Positions 10,531 to 19,240 of a stretch of 35,744 nucleotides of DNA are shown one piece after another (the first letter of the stretch is position 1; every line of letters begins with the position of its first letter). Source of the stretch: an uncultured Acidobacteriaceae bacterium (GTDB taxonomy: Bacteria > Acidobacteriota > Terriglobia > Terriglobales > Acidobacteriaceae); contig CAXTEW010000001.1 of assembly GCA_964243175.1 (NCBI GenBank), positions 1 through 35,744 of the forward strand, read 5' to 3'. The position numbers were made by a program, and so were the translations under genes. A model generated the notes under the pieces. It ran no database searches. It was not told the DNA's origin and worked only from the letters and a program-made list of their open reading frames with translations.

Positions 10531-11625
10531 TCAACCCTTCCATAACGCCCGCACCATGCCTGCAATCACATCACTCGCGTCCTGGCGGGCTAGCGCACGC
10601 GCCCGCTGCGCCATGCGCTCCAGCGCACCCCGGTCGCCGAGCAGCCGCAGCAACTCGGCAAGCAGCCGCTCCGGCGTCAACTCCGCTTCGATCAGCACAG
10701 ACGCTGCTCCCTGGTCCACCAGCACCTCGGCATTGCGGCGCTGGTGGTCATCCGCTGCCAGGGGAAACGGCACCAGCAGCGACGGCTTCCCTGCCGCGCA
10801 CAACTCGGCGACCGTACTAGCGCCCGAGCGGGCGAGCACCAGGTCCGCCGCGGCAAAGCGCAGCGGCATATCGTCGAGAAACGCGCTGACCGTCCAGCGG
10901 CGGGAGTCCGCACCCGCTGCGGCAAAGGCGGCCCGCGTCTCCTCCGCGGCACGCGCCCCGGCCTGGTGCAGTACGGTCAGCGAGGGGAGAGCGTCAAGCA
11001 GCGCTGGCAAAATTCGGGGCATGATCTGGTTGAGCACTCTGGCTCCCTGACTGCCGCCGAAGACCAGCAAGTGCGGCGGGCTCCCGGGCGACTTCTCAGG
11101 GAGCGCAAAGAAGGCTTCACGCACAGGGATTCCTGTGACCTGCGCATTGCGGAAAAACCGCGCGGCGGGGGCGAAGTTGACCGCTGCCGCTGAAACTCGT
11201 TTCCCAACGAGACGGTTAGCCAGCCCCGGCGCGGCGTTCGGCTCAAACGCAAGCGTCGGCACCCCGGCAAGGATGGCGGCTGCCATCGCCGGCCCGGAAG
11301 CATAGCCGCCGACGCCAACCACCACATCCGGACGAAAGCTGCGCAGCAAAGTGCGAGCCTTCAGTACGGCGAGGGGCAGGTCGAGCAGGGTACGCGCGCG
11401 CGTCGCAAGACTGACATTCTTCAGCTGGCCGACCTCGATCAGCTCCAGCCGGTAGCCTGCCTTTGGAACGAGCGTAGACTCGAGCCCGCGCGGGGTTCCG
11501 AGGAACAGCAGCTCCGCGCCGCCTGGTCCAGCACGGAGCGCGTCGGCAATGGCCAGCGCCGGAATGATGTGCCCGCCTGTGCCACCGCCGGCGACGAGCA
11601 CGCGGATTGATTCAGTGCTTTTCAT
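10531..11625 (-). CDS. murG: Lipid I N-acetylglucosaminyltransferase MurG
   Basis: GGGTGGHI, GGYASGP, EPNAAPGLANR, FGGSQGA, RSGASTVAE and DHQRRNA motifs. Confidence 0.97.
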   Translation of the reverse strand: MKSTESIRVLVAGGGTGGHIIPALAIADALRAGPGGAELLFLGTPRGLESTLVPKAGYRLELIEVGQLKNVSLATRARTLLDLPLAVLKARTLLRSFRPDVVVGVGGYASGPAMAAAILAGVPTLAFEPNAAPGLANRLVGKRVSAAAVNFAPAARFFRNAQVTGIPVREAFFALPEKSPGSPPHLLVFGGSQGARVLNQIMPRILPALLDALPSLTVLHQAGARAAEETRAAFAAAGADSRRWTVSAFLDDMPLRFAAADLVLARSGASTVAELCAAGKPSLLVPFPLAADDHQRRNAEVLVDQGAASVLIEAELTPERLLAELLRLLGDRGALERMAQRARALARQDASDVIAGMVRALWKG

Positions 11626-11734
11626 CGCTGCTCCCTAACTCAAACAACGTCACCTCTCATTTCCTAGGGCCTCTCGCAACAGAACCGATCAGGTGCCACG
11701 TAGTGCGAAGCGCCGCTCGCCGTGCGCGTAGCAC

Positions 11735-12826
11735 TCATTCGAGCTCGCGGGTGATGTTGAGCAGGACACCGACGGACGCGAGCGTGATGAACAGTGACGT
11801 GCCCCCATACGAAACGAATGGCAGCGTAATGCCCTTGGTCGGCAGCAGCGCGATCACCACGCTGATGTTGAAAAATGCCTGGATCAGCACGGTCGACGTG
11901 ATGCCGAAGGCGAGGAAACGCGCGAAGGGATCGGTCGACAAGATCGCCGCGCGGATCCCTCTGTAGCCGAAGCTGACGAACAGCGCCAGGATGCATAGCG
12001 CGCCCAGCAGGCCCAGTTCTTCGGCGATGTTCGCGAAGATGTAATCGGTGTGCGGCTCGGGCAGGTAGAACAGCTTCTGCCGGCCCTCCATGTAGCCCAC
12101 GCCGTGGAACCCGCCTGTGCCCACCGCGATCAATGACTGGATGATGTGAAAGCCCTTGCCCAGCGGATCAGCATCGGGATTGAGAAACGCGAAGATACGG
12201 TCGCGCCGGAACTTGACCCGGAACAGCAGGAAGTACAACGGCACGATCGCGAGCAGCAGCGCGTACCACAGGTACTTGAAGTTCATCCCCGCGAGATACA
12301 GCAGCAGCGCCGTTACCGCGGCGCACACCATGGCTGTGCCGAGGTCAGGCTCCTTCACAATCAGCAGGACGAAAAGCAGGCTGGGCACTACGGCAGGAAG
12401 GATCGTTTCGCGCAGGTTCTCGATACGGCTCATGCGGTCCTGCAGCCACCAGGCAAGAAACAGCACCAGCGCGGGCTTGGCCAACTCCGACGGCTGAAAC
12501 TGCATGGGGCCGATCCGGATCCAGCGATGTGCCCCGTGCGAGTCATGCCCGAAGAACGCGCCGACCAGCAGGATGATGGTGACGGCCACTGCGGGGAAGA
12601 CCACTGCGGGGTTATTCAGCTTGCGGTAATCCACATGCATCAGCACCCACATCGCCAGTAGCCCGGCGACGGCCCAGATCGCCTGCCGCATGACAAAGCT
12701 GTACGCCGAACCATAGCGTGCGCTGGCCATCACTGCTGATGCGCTGAAGATCATGAGCAGCCCGGCGACGACCAAGAGCAGCGTGATGCAGAAGATCCAC
12801 TTATCAACGCCGACCCGCTTGGCCAT
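11735..12826 (-). CDS. ftsW: SEDS peptidoglycan polymerase FtsW
   Basis: Multi-TM protein with GAHRWI, QPSELAK, EPDLGT, LPEPHTDYIFA and LPFVSYGGTS. Confidence 0.97.
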   Translation of the reverse strand: MAKRVGVDKWIFCITLLLVVAGLLMIFSASAVMASARYGSAYSFVMRQAIWAVAGLLAMWVLMHVDYRKLNNPAVVFPAVAVTIILLVGAFFGHDSHGAHRWIRIGPMQFQPSELAKPALVLFLAWWLQDRMSRIENLRETILPAVVPSLLFVLLIVKEPDLGTAMVCAAVTALLLYLAGMNFKYLWYALLLAIVPLYFLLFRVKFRRDRIFAFLNPDADPLGKGFHIIQSLIAVGTGGFHGVGYMEGRQKLFYLPEPHTDYIFANIAEELGLLGALCILALFVSFGYRGIRAAILSTDPFARFLAFGITSTVLIQAFFNISVVIALLPTKGITLPFVSYGGTSLFITLASVGVLLNITRELE

Positions 12827-12829
12827 GCG

Positions 12830-14227
12830 TCAGGCGCTCTGCCAGGCAGCGGGCTGCCTGGACTGGGCTCGCTGCGAGCGCGCCCGCACCAGTTCTTTGA
12901 AGTGCTGGCCGCGCTGCTCGTAGTCGCTGAACTGGTCGAACGACGAGCAGGCTGGCGCCAGCAGCACGGTATCGCCGGGCTCGGCGACCGCGGCCGCCTG
13001 CTCAATTGCTACATCGATGGTGCCGGCGCGGCGCACCGTTACGGCCCCGTGCAGGTGCGACTCAATCTTCTCAGCCGCAGTGCCCACCGTGTACACGGCG
13101 CGCACGCGCCCGGCCAGCAGCGGGCCCAGCAGCCGATAATCGGAATCCTTGTCCTTGCCACCCAGGATCAGGTGGATGCCCCCGGCAAACGAGGCCACGG
13201 CCTTGGCCGCAGCATCGACGTTCGTCGCCTTGGAATCGTTGTAGTAGTCCACGCCATCGACCTTCGCCACAAACTCCAGCCGGTGCTCGACGGCGTGGAA
13301 CCCCTCGACCGTTTCGCGAATCACTTCTGCGGCCACGCCGGCAAGCCTGGCGGCCGCTACGGCTGCGAGCACATTCTCAAGATTGTGCGTGCCCTTCAGA
13401 GGGATCGAGGCGACCGGCACGATGGGCTCGGCGGCCGACTGCTCCGAGGCGCGAAACATCACGATGTCATTCAGCACGAAGGCGCCCTGGCGTACCACGC
13501 GGGTGCGCGAGAACCAGTACACCTGGCTGCGCGCACGGGCCGCAGCCCGCGAAGCGACCTCGTCATCGGCGTTCAAGACCAGGAAATCCGCCGCGGTCTG
13601 GTTGGCGAAGATGCGCTCCTTGGCCAGCCGATAGTTGTCGAACGAACCATGTCGGTCGAGGTGGTCGGGCGTGATATTCAGCAGGACCGCGATCTCCGCG
13701 CGGAACGTATCGATCGTCTCCAGTTGGAACGAAGAAAGTTCCAGCACGTTCCAGCCGTTCTCCCGCGACTCATCTGTCAACGCCACCACAGGGATCCCTA
13801 TGTTGCCGCCGACCAGCGTCGGCATGCCGGAAGCCGTCAGGATCGCGCCGCACAGAGTCGTCGTCGTTGTCTTTCCATTCGAGCCTGTAATTGCAAGCGT
13901 GTGCCCTTTCAGAAAACGCGAAGCCAGTTCCACCTCGCCGATAATCGTCTGGCCAAAGCCGCGTACCTGCCGGATTTCCGGTGTATCGAGCGGCACCCCC
14001 GGGCTGACAACCAGCAGGTCCTGTCGCCGAAAGGTGAGCAGCCCGTGACCGCCCGCTTCGACGGCAATCCCCTCCTCCAGCAGCATGGGAATGTCCTTTT
14101 CGAGAGCCTGCGCACTGCGTACATCCGATACCGTGACCTGCGCCCCCTGGCGGCGCAGGAACAGCGCAGCCGCAAGCCCCGACCGGCCCAGCCCTACCAC
14201 CAGCACGCGTTTGCCCTTCAGCTCCAT
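12830..14227 (-). CDS. murD: UDP-N-acetylmuramoyl-L-alanine--D-glutamate ligase
   Basis: GLGRSG, VSPGVP, TGSNGKTTTT, ELSSFQL, DHLDRH, NDSKATN and LLAPACSSFDQF. Confidence 0.97.
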   Translation of the reverse strand: MELKGKRVLVVGLGRSGLAAALFLRRQGAQVTVSDVRSAQALEKDIPMLLEEGIAVEAGGHGLLTFRRQDLLVVSPGVPLDTPEIRQVRGFGQTIIGEVELASRFLKGHTLAITGSNGKTTTTTLCGAILTASGMPTLVGGNIGIPVVALTDESRENGWNVLELSSFQLETIDTFRAEIAVLLNITPDHLDRHGSFDNYRLAKERIFANQTAADFLVLNADDEVASRAAARARSQVYWFSRTRVVRQGAFVLNDIVMFRASEQSAAEPIVPVASIPLKGTHNLENVLAAVAAARLAGVAAEVIRETVEGFHAVEHRLEFVAKVDGVDYYNDSKATNVDAAAKAVASFAGGIHLILGGKDKDSDYRLLGPLLAGRVRAVYTVGTAAEKIESHLHGAVTVRRAGTIDVAIEQAAAVAEPGDTVLLAPACSSFDQFSDYEQRGQHFKELVRARSQRAQSRQPAAWQSA

Positions 14228-14258
14228 CAGCCTTCTCCCACCCATTCAGCACGATTGT

Positions 14259-14474
14259 AAGACCGGCTGCTCGCCTGGAGGTCACTTCGTTGCGCCTACG
14301 ATGAATCGGCGTGACTTGTACTCGTGCTGCTTGGCGTTTTCCCGCGATTGCTATCCTCCCGTTGGTCGTCTTCAGCTGAGTAGGAGACGACCAACGGGAG
14401 GATAGCGATCACTCCCCGGCTGAAGCATCACGGACACAAGTCACGAAGTGACCGCCAGGCGCGCAGCCGGTCTT
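14259..14474. repeat. 216-bp fold-back (MITE/REPIN-like) element, copy 1
   Basis: 32-bp terminal inverted repeats (30/32 identical), an imperfect middle stem and a perfect 22-bp inner stem (14350-14371/14385-14406); homologous to 15748-15958. Confidence 0.9.
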
Positions 14475-14478
14475 CACG

Positions 14479-15612
14479 TCAACGCAGCTTCAACGTGGTG
14501 AGCGCAAATAGCGCGAACACCAGCGCCCCGATCCAGAAGCGCGCGATCACTTTCGACTCAGACCAGCCCTGCAGTTCGAAGTGATGGTGCAGCGGCGCCA
14601 TCTTGAATATGCGCTTCTTGCGCAGCTTGTACGAGCCCACCTGCAGGATGACCGACAGGGCTTCCAGCACGAAGATGCCGCCGATAAAGGGCAGCAGCAG
14701 CTCCTGCTTGATGGCGACCGCGACCGTGCCGATCGCGCCGCCAAGCGCGAGCGAGCCGACGTCGCCCATGAAGACCTCGGCAGGGTGTGCGTTGTACCAG
14801 AGGAAGCCGATGGACGCACCGACCATGGCGCCGCAGAAGATGGTGAGTTCGCTGATCAGCGGCATACGCTGCAGTTCGAGGTAATCGGCGAAAACAACAT
14901 GGCCGCTGACGTAGGTGAGCACAGTCAGCGCGGCAGCGGCGATGATGGTGCAGCCGATCGCCAGTCCGTCCAGCCCGTCGGTCAGGTTGACGGCATTGCT
15001 CGAGAAGACGATGACCAGCACGGTGAAGACGATGAAGGGCAGGAACAGCAGCAGGTGCAGGTGCGGGATGCCGGCCAGGATGGGAATGGACAATGCCGGA
15101 TGGAAGCGCTTGAGGAAGGGCACGACCAGGTCGGTTGAGTAGCTGCCCTGGGTTTGCATGGCGACCAGCGCGACCGCAACGCCGGTGGAGACGAGCACCT
15201 GGTATCCCAACTTGGCGCGGGCAGTCAGGCCCAGGTTGCGACGGTGCACGACCTTGATGTAATCATCGGCAAAGCCGATGGCGCCAAAGCCGAACGTCGA
15301 CAGCATGACCAGCCAGATGAATGGGTTCGAGAGGTCGGCCCACAACAGCGTGGGTAGCAGGATGGCGATACAGATCAGCACGCCGCCCATGGTGGGCGTG
15401 CCGGCTTTTTTCTGGTGCGCCTGCGGCCCGTCTTCCCGGATGTACTGGCTGATCTGGAACTCGCGCAGCTTCTCAATCACGTAAGGGCCGATGAAGAGAG
15501 CGATCAGCAGTGCGGTGAGGGAGGCAAAGGCCGTACGAAACGTGAGATAGCGAAAGATGCGGAACGGCGAAACATAGGGGAACAGCTTCTGGTACAGCAG
15601 CCAGTAAAGCAA
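14479..15612 (-). CDS. mraY: Phospho-N-acetylmuramoyl-pentapeptide transferase
   Basis: KAGTPTMGG, GFADDY, NAVNLTDGLDGL, FMGDVGS and MAPLHHHFEL; TTG start after GGAGG. Confidence 0.98.
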   Translation of the reverse strand: MLYWLLYQKLFPYVSPFRIFRYLTFRTAFASLTALLIALFIGPYVIEKLREFQISQYIREDGPQAHQKKAGTPTMGGVLICIAILLPTLLWADLSNPFIWLVMLSTFGFGAIGFADDYIKVVHRRNLGLTARAKLGYQVLVSTGVAVALVAMQTQGSYSTDLVVPFLKRFHPALSIPILAGIPHLHLLLFLPFIVFTVLVIVFSSNAVNLTDGLDGLAIGCTIIAAAALTVLTYVSGHVVFADYLELQRMPLISELTIFCGAMVGASIGFLWYNAHPAEVFMGDVGSLALGGAIGTVAVAIKQELLLPFIGGIFVLEALSVILQVGSYKLRKKRIFKMAPLHHHFELQGWSESKVIARFWIGALVFALFALTTLKLR

Positions 15613-15747
15613 CGGGCCTCCAAACGGGATGCGGCGCCCAAGTGCGTTCGCATGCAGACGGTTCTCGCAATGGCGTGCGGCTTTATCTTACCGTCTTGCC
15701 CGCGGATTCGATCGTCGGCTGTTCCTCACTTGCCACTGCTTGCTCAC

Positions 15748-15958
15748 AAACCGGCTGCGCGCCTGGCGGCCACTTCGTGGCTCGTGCTCGTGGTGCTTGC
15801 TATGTCAGCATCGTGATCCTCCGTTGGTCGGCTTTAGCGTCGCTGGAAGACGACCAACGGGAGGATAGTGTTCGCTGGGAGTGCAAGCACCCGCAAAGAC
15901 GCGTCACGCCGGTTCATCGTAGGCGCAACGAAGTGACCGCCAGGCGCGCAGTCGGTCT
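15748..15958. repeat. 211-bp fold-back (MITE/REPIN-like) element, copy 2, opposite orientation
   Basis: Same terminal repeats (ACCGGCTGCGCGCCTGGCGG.CACTTCGT) and same core CGACCAACGGGAGGATAG; the 22-nt side arm is the reverse complement of that in copy 1. Confidence 0.9.
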
Positions 15959-15960
15959 CC

Positions 15961-17394
15961 CTAACCAAGATTAAGCGGATCGCCCGCGGGTGCGCCGGCC
16001 AGCAGAACGGTGATGGCACGTTCGAGACGCACGCCACGCGAGCCTTTCACGAGCACGGCATCGCCGCCGCGTAACTCGCGCTGGAGCCATGCGCCTGCTT
16101 CTTCCGCATTGTGCAGGAACAACGAGGGTATACCGAAGCGTGCGGCTTCCTCGGCCAGCGCCAGCGCCGCGCCCTGCACGCCAATCACCCAGTCCGCACC
16201 GGCCTTTGCGGCCCGCGCGCCACAGGCTGCATGCAGTGGGCCTGTCTCCGGACCAAGCTCCAGCATCTCGCCGGCGACCACGATGTGCCGCCTAGCCGGC
16301 AGCTGCATTAGCGTGTCGATCATGGCGGAGAGCGCTGCAGGATTCGAGTTATAGCAATCGTTGATCAACCGCGCGGTGCCCGCATGCTCTCCCGTGACCA
16401 CAAGCTGCAGCAGCTCCCCACGCTTGTCGCCGGGCACGACCTGCGCGAGGGCAGCTGCACCCGTCTCGAGCGAAACACCAGCTTCAAGCCCTACCGCAAG
16501 CGCCAGCAGTGCGTTGCTCGCGTTATGCGCGCCCATGAAATGGAGCCGCACTGTTGCGTGCTCGCCCCGGGCACTTACCTCCAGCGACAATCCTGCTGTT
16601 CCCTGCTCTTCAACCCGGATGGCGCGAACGTCTGCATCTGCCTCTACGCCGGTTCGTACCACGCGCCCGGCAAACGTCTCGGCGAACGCCGTCACCCGCT
16701 GATCATCGGCGTTTAGAAAAGCGATCCCGTCAGCAGGCCGCAGGGCGTCGATCAGTTCCCGTTTCGCGCGCGCTATGCCCTCGATTCCGTCGGCGAAGTT
16801 CTGTGCATGCGCCATGCCGACGTTTGTCACCACGCCCCAGTCGGGCGCCGCCAGCCGGGCCAGCAAAGCGATTTCGCCCGCGTTCGACATACCCATTTCT
16901 ATGACCGCGTAGCTGTGCTCCAGCTCAAGCCGCAGCAATTGCAGTGGCACGCCGAAATGGTTATTCAGGTTTCCCGCGGACTTCAGGACCGTGTGCTTGG
17001 CTGCAAGTACTGCCGCGATCATCTCCTTGGTTGTGGTCTTGCCGGCGCTGCCGGTGAGTCCGATCAGTGTGCCGGGCCAGTGGCTGCGCACGGCCGTGCC
17101 CAGCCGCTGCAGCGCGAGCAGCGGGTCATCCACTTCAATTCTCGGAGCGTTCCGAAGCGACGCAAACTCTTCCTTCGCCACCTTGTCACGCGCAACAACA
17201 GCCGCCGCCGCACCCTGTAACAGTGCCTGTTGCACAAAGCCATGTGCGTCGAAGCGATCGTCCGAGACGGCGAAGAAGAGTTCGCCCGGCGCCAGTGTCG
17301 GCGTGTCAATCGGGTAGCGCTGCGCGGGAGTCTCAGAAGGCGCGTACAGGTTGCCGTTCATCCACTCCGCACATTGCGCCAGCGTCGGCTTCAT
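15961..17394 (-). CDS. murF: UDP-N-acetylmuramoyl-tripeptide--D-alanyl-D-alanine ligase
   Basis: TGSAGKTTTKE, GNLNNHFGVPL, EMGM, DCYNSNP, GEMLELG and VKGSRG; ATGA overlap with murE. Confidence 0.96.
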   Translation of the reverse strand: MKPTLAQCAEWMNGNLYAPSETPAQRYPIDTPTLAPGELFFAVSDDRFDAHGFVQQALLQGAAAAVVARDKVAKEEFASLRNAPRIEVDDPLLALQRLGTAVRSHWPGTLIGLTGSAGKTTTKEMIAAVLAAKHTVLKSAGNLNNHFGVPLQLLRLELEHSYAVIEMGMSNAGEIALLARLAAPDWGVVTNVGMAHAQNFADGIEGIARAKRELIDALRPADGIAFLNADDQRVTAFAETFAGRVVRTGVEADADVRAIRVEEQGTAGLSLEVSARGEHATVRLHFMGAHNASNALLALAVGLEAGVSLETGAAALAQVVPGDKRGELLQLVVTGEHAGTARLINDCYNSNPAALSAMIDTLMQLPARRHIVVAGEMLELGPETGPLHAACGARAAKAGADWVIGVQGAALALAEEAARFGIPSLFLHNAEEAGAWLQRELRGGDAVLVKGSRGVRLERAITVLLAGAPAGDPLNLG

Positions 17395-18905
17395 CGCGCA
17401 CCCGCCTTGTAGCCAAGCGCTTCCAGCGCATCGGCCGCAACGTCCACATCATCAAACGGCAGCTTGTCCGTGCCAATCGTCTGTGTCTTCTCGTGGCCCT
17501 TGCCTGCGAGGAGCACAATGTCATGCTCCCGTGCTTCGGCCAGCAACGCACGAATGGCCCGGGCGCGATCGACCTCCACAAGAAAGCGCACGCCGCTTTC
17601 TTCCAGGCCCGGCAACACCTCGCGAAGAATAGCCTGGGGGTCCTCACCGCGTGGGTTATCACTGGTCAGCATGCATAGGTCGCTCGCCGCGCCGGCCGCC
17701 TTGCCCATCAGCGGCCGCTTGGCGCGGTCGCGGTCGCCACCGCAGCCAAACAGCGTCAGCACGCGGCCGTTTTGAGGAGCAGCAAACTCCCGCGCAACCG
17801 ACAGCAGGTTGCGCAGGGCGTCGTCGGTATGTGCGTAGTCGACTACCACGGTAAAGGGTTGCCCGCGATCCACCGTCTGAAAGCGGCCCGGCACATGCGC
17901 CAGCGCCGCGGCGCCGCGCGCGATCTCGCCCAGTGACAGACCGCGGGCCAGCCCGGCTGCAGCAGCGGCCAGCATGTTCTGGACATTGACGCGTCCAGTC
18001 AGCCGCGACACAATCTCCTGCGCGCCCCAGGGAGATTGCAGCGTGAAACGCATTCCGGCCGACTCGACAACGATGCCATCGGCGCGAAACTCGCCAACAC
18101 CCAGTCCATATGAAAATAATTCTGCGCCCGCTTCGCGCGCACGCAACGCCAGCTCGAGCCCGTGATCGTCTTCGACGTTGATAACCGCGACGCGCGGTGG
18201 TGTGCCAAGCGTGCCATCGAACAGCGCGCGTTTCGCAGCAAAGTACTGCGCCATCGTCTGGTGATAATCGAGGTGATCGCGGGTGAGATTGGTGTAGATG
18301 GCCACGTCATAGGGCAAGCCGTGGACGCGGCCCTGCGCCAGCGCATGCGAGCTCACCTCCATGACCGCCTCGGTCGCCCCCAGCACCGCGCCTTCCGCGA
18401 ACAGCCGGAGTAAGTCGCGACTCTCCGGCGTGGTGTGCGGCGAGGGACGCACGTCGCCCGCGACATGGTATTCGATGGTGCCGACCAGCACCGTGGAGCG
18501 GCCGGCGGCGCGCAGCATGGCGTCCAGCAGAAACGCAGTCGTTGTCTTGCCGTTGGTGCCGGTGACGCCCGTGAGTGCGAGTTGCTCTTCCGGATGGTTG
18601 TAGAGGTTCGCCGCAAGCTTTGCCAGGGCACGACGGCCATGCGGCACCAGCACGAACGGCACACGCGGATGGCGTTCGGACAAGGCTGCGAACTCCTCTG
18701 CCGCGTCGGTGACGACTGCCACGGCGCCAGCCTGGATGGCCGCGTCGATAAAGCGCGAGCCGTCGGCCGTGCCGCCGCGCATAGCGACAAACAGCGAGCC
18801 CTTGCCTGCTTCGCGGGAGTCGTATTCAACCGTGCGGACTTCAGCGTTGGCCGGGCCGGCGCGCCGTAAGACCTGTACTTCGTAGAGGATCTGTTCCAGT
18901 CGCAT
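17391..18905 (-). CDS. murE: UDP-N-acetylmuramoyl-L-alanyl-D-glutamate--2,6-diaminopimelate ligase
   Basis: TGTNGKTT, MEVSSH, DHLDYH, VDYAHT, FGCGGDRD, DNPR (meso-DAP specificity motif) and AGKGHE. Confidence 0.97.
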   Translation of the reverse strand: MRLEQILYEVQVLRRAGPANAEVRTVEYDSREAGKGSLFVAMRGGTADGSRFIDAAIQAGAVAVVTDAAEEFAALSERHPRVPFVLVPHGRRALAKLAANLYNHPEEQLALTGVTGTNGKTTTAFLLDAMLRAAGRSTVLVGTIEYHVAGDVRPSPHTTPESRDLLRLFAEGAVLGATEAVMEVSSHALAQGRVHGLPYDVAIYTNLTRDHLDYHQTMAQYFAAKRALFDGTLGTPPRVAVINVEDDHGLELALRAREAGAELFSYGLGVGEFRADGIVVESAGMRFTLQSPWGAQEIVSRLTGRVNVQNMLAAAAAGLARGLSLGEIARGAAALAHVPGRFQTVDRGQPFTVVVDYAHTDDALRNLLSVAREFAAPQNGRVLTLFGCGGDRDRAKRPLMGKAAGAASDLCMLTSDNPRGEDPQAILREVLPGLEESGVRFLVEVDRARAIRALLAEAREHDIVLLAGKGHEKTQTIGTDKLPFDDVDVAADALEALGYKAGAR

Positions 18906-18983
18906 AAAGGCTGTCTCGATGGTAAAGCGTTGCCGACCGTAGGTCGCTTCTGTCTGCCTGGCGGAGCCCGTCGTGCGCTTGAA

Positions 18984-19228
18984 GCAGGTCCTTCGGCTTC
19001 GCTGAGGATGACACGGCGGGGAGAGATTGGGAGATGGCGCATACGGACTTACGCCCGGCGCGCGCTGAAGTGCAACCGCAGGTCCTTCGGCTACGCTCAG
19101 GATGACACCGCTATTGTGAACGAGAGGTGGCGCATGGCTGCCGCGCGTGGAATCATGGCTGCTGCGCGTGGAACGCGGATAACCCAGAAGCCGGCTGTCA
19201 TCCTGAGCGTAGCCGAAGGATCTGCTTT
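18984..19228. repeat. Cluster of three REP-like family A copies (BIME/REPIN-like) with an internal 21-bp tandem duplication
   Basis: Copies at 18984-19013 (-), 19078-19107 (-) and 19196-19228 (+); CATGGCTGCYGCGCGTGGAA twice at 19133-19173. Confidence 0.9.
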
Positions 19229-19240
19229 CTCACCTGCGCT

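Noticed and set aside
18930-19240. Repeats with spacers resembling a mini CRISPR array, and ORFs containing VILSEAEGS or SLRMT peptides
   Set aside because: Mixed orientation, irregular 64-88 nt spacers, dispersed copies and no cas genes; the peptides are just translations of the REP-like repeat.
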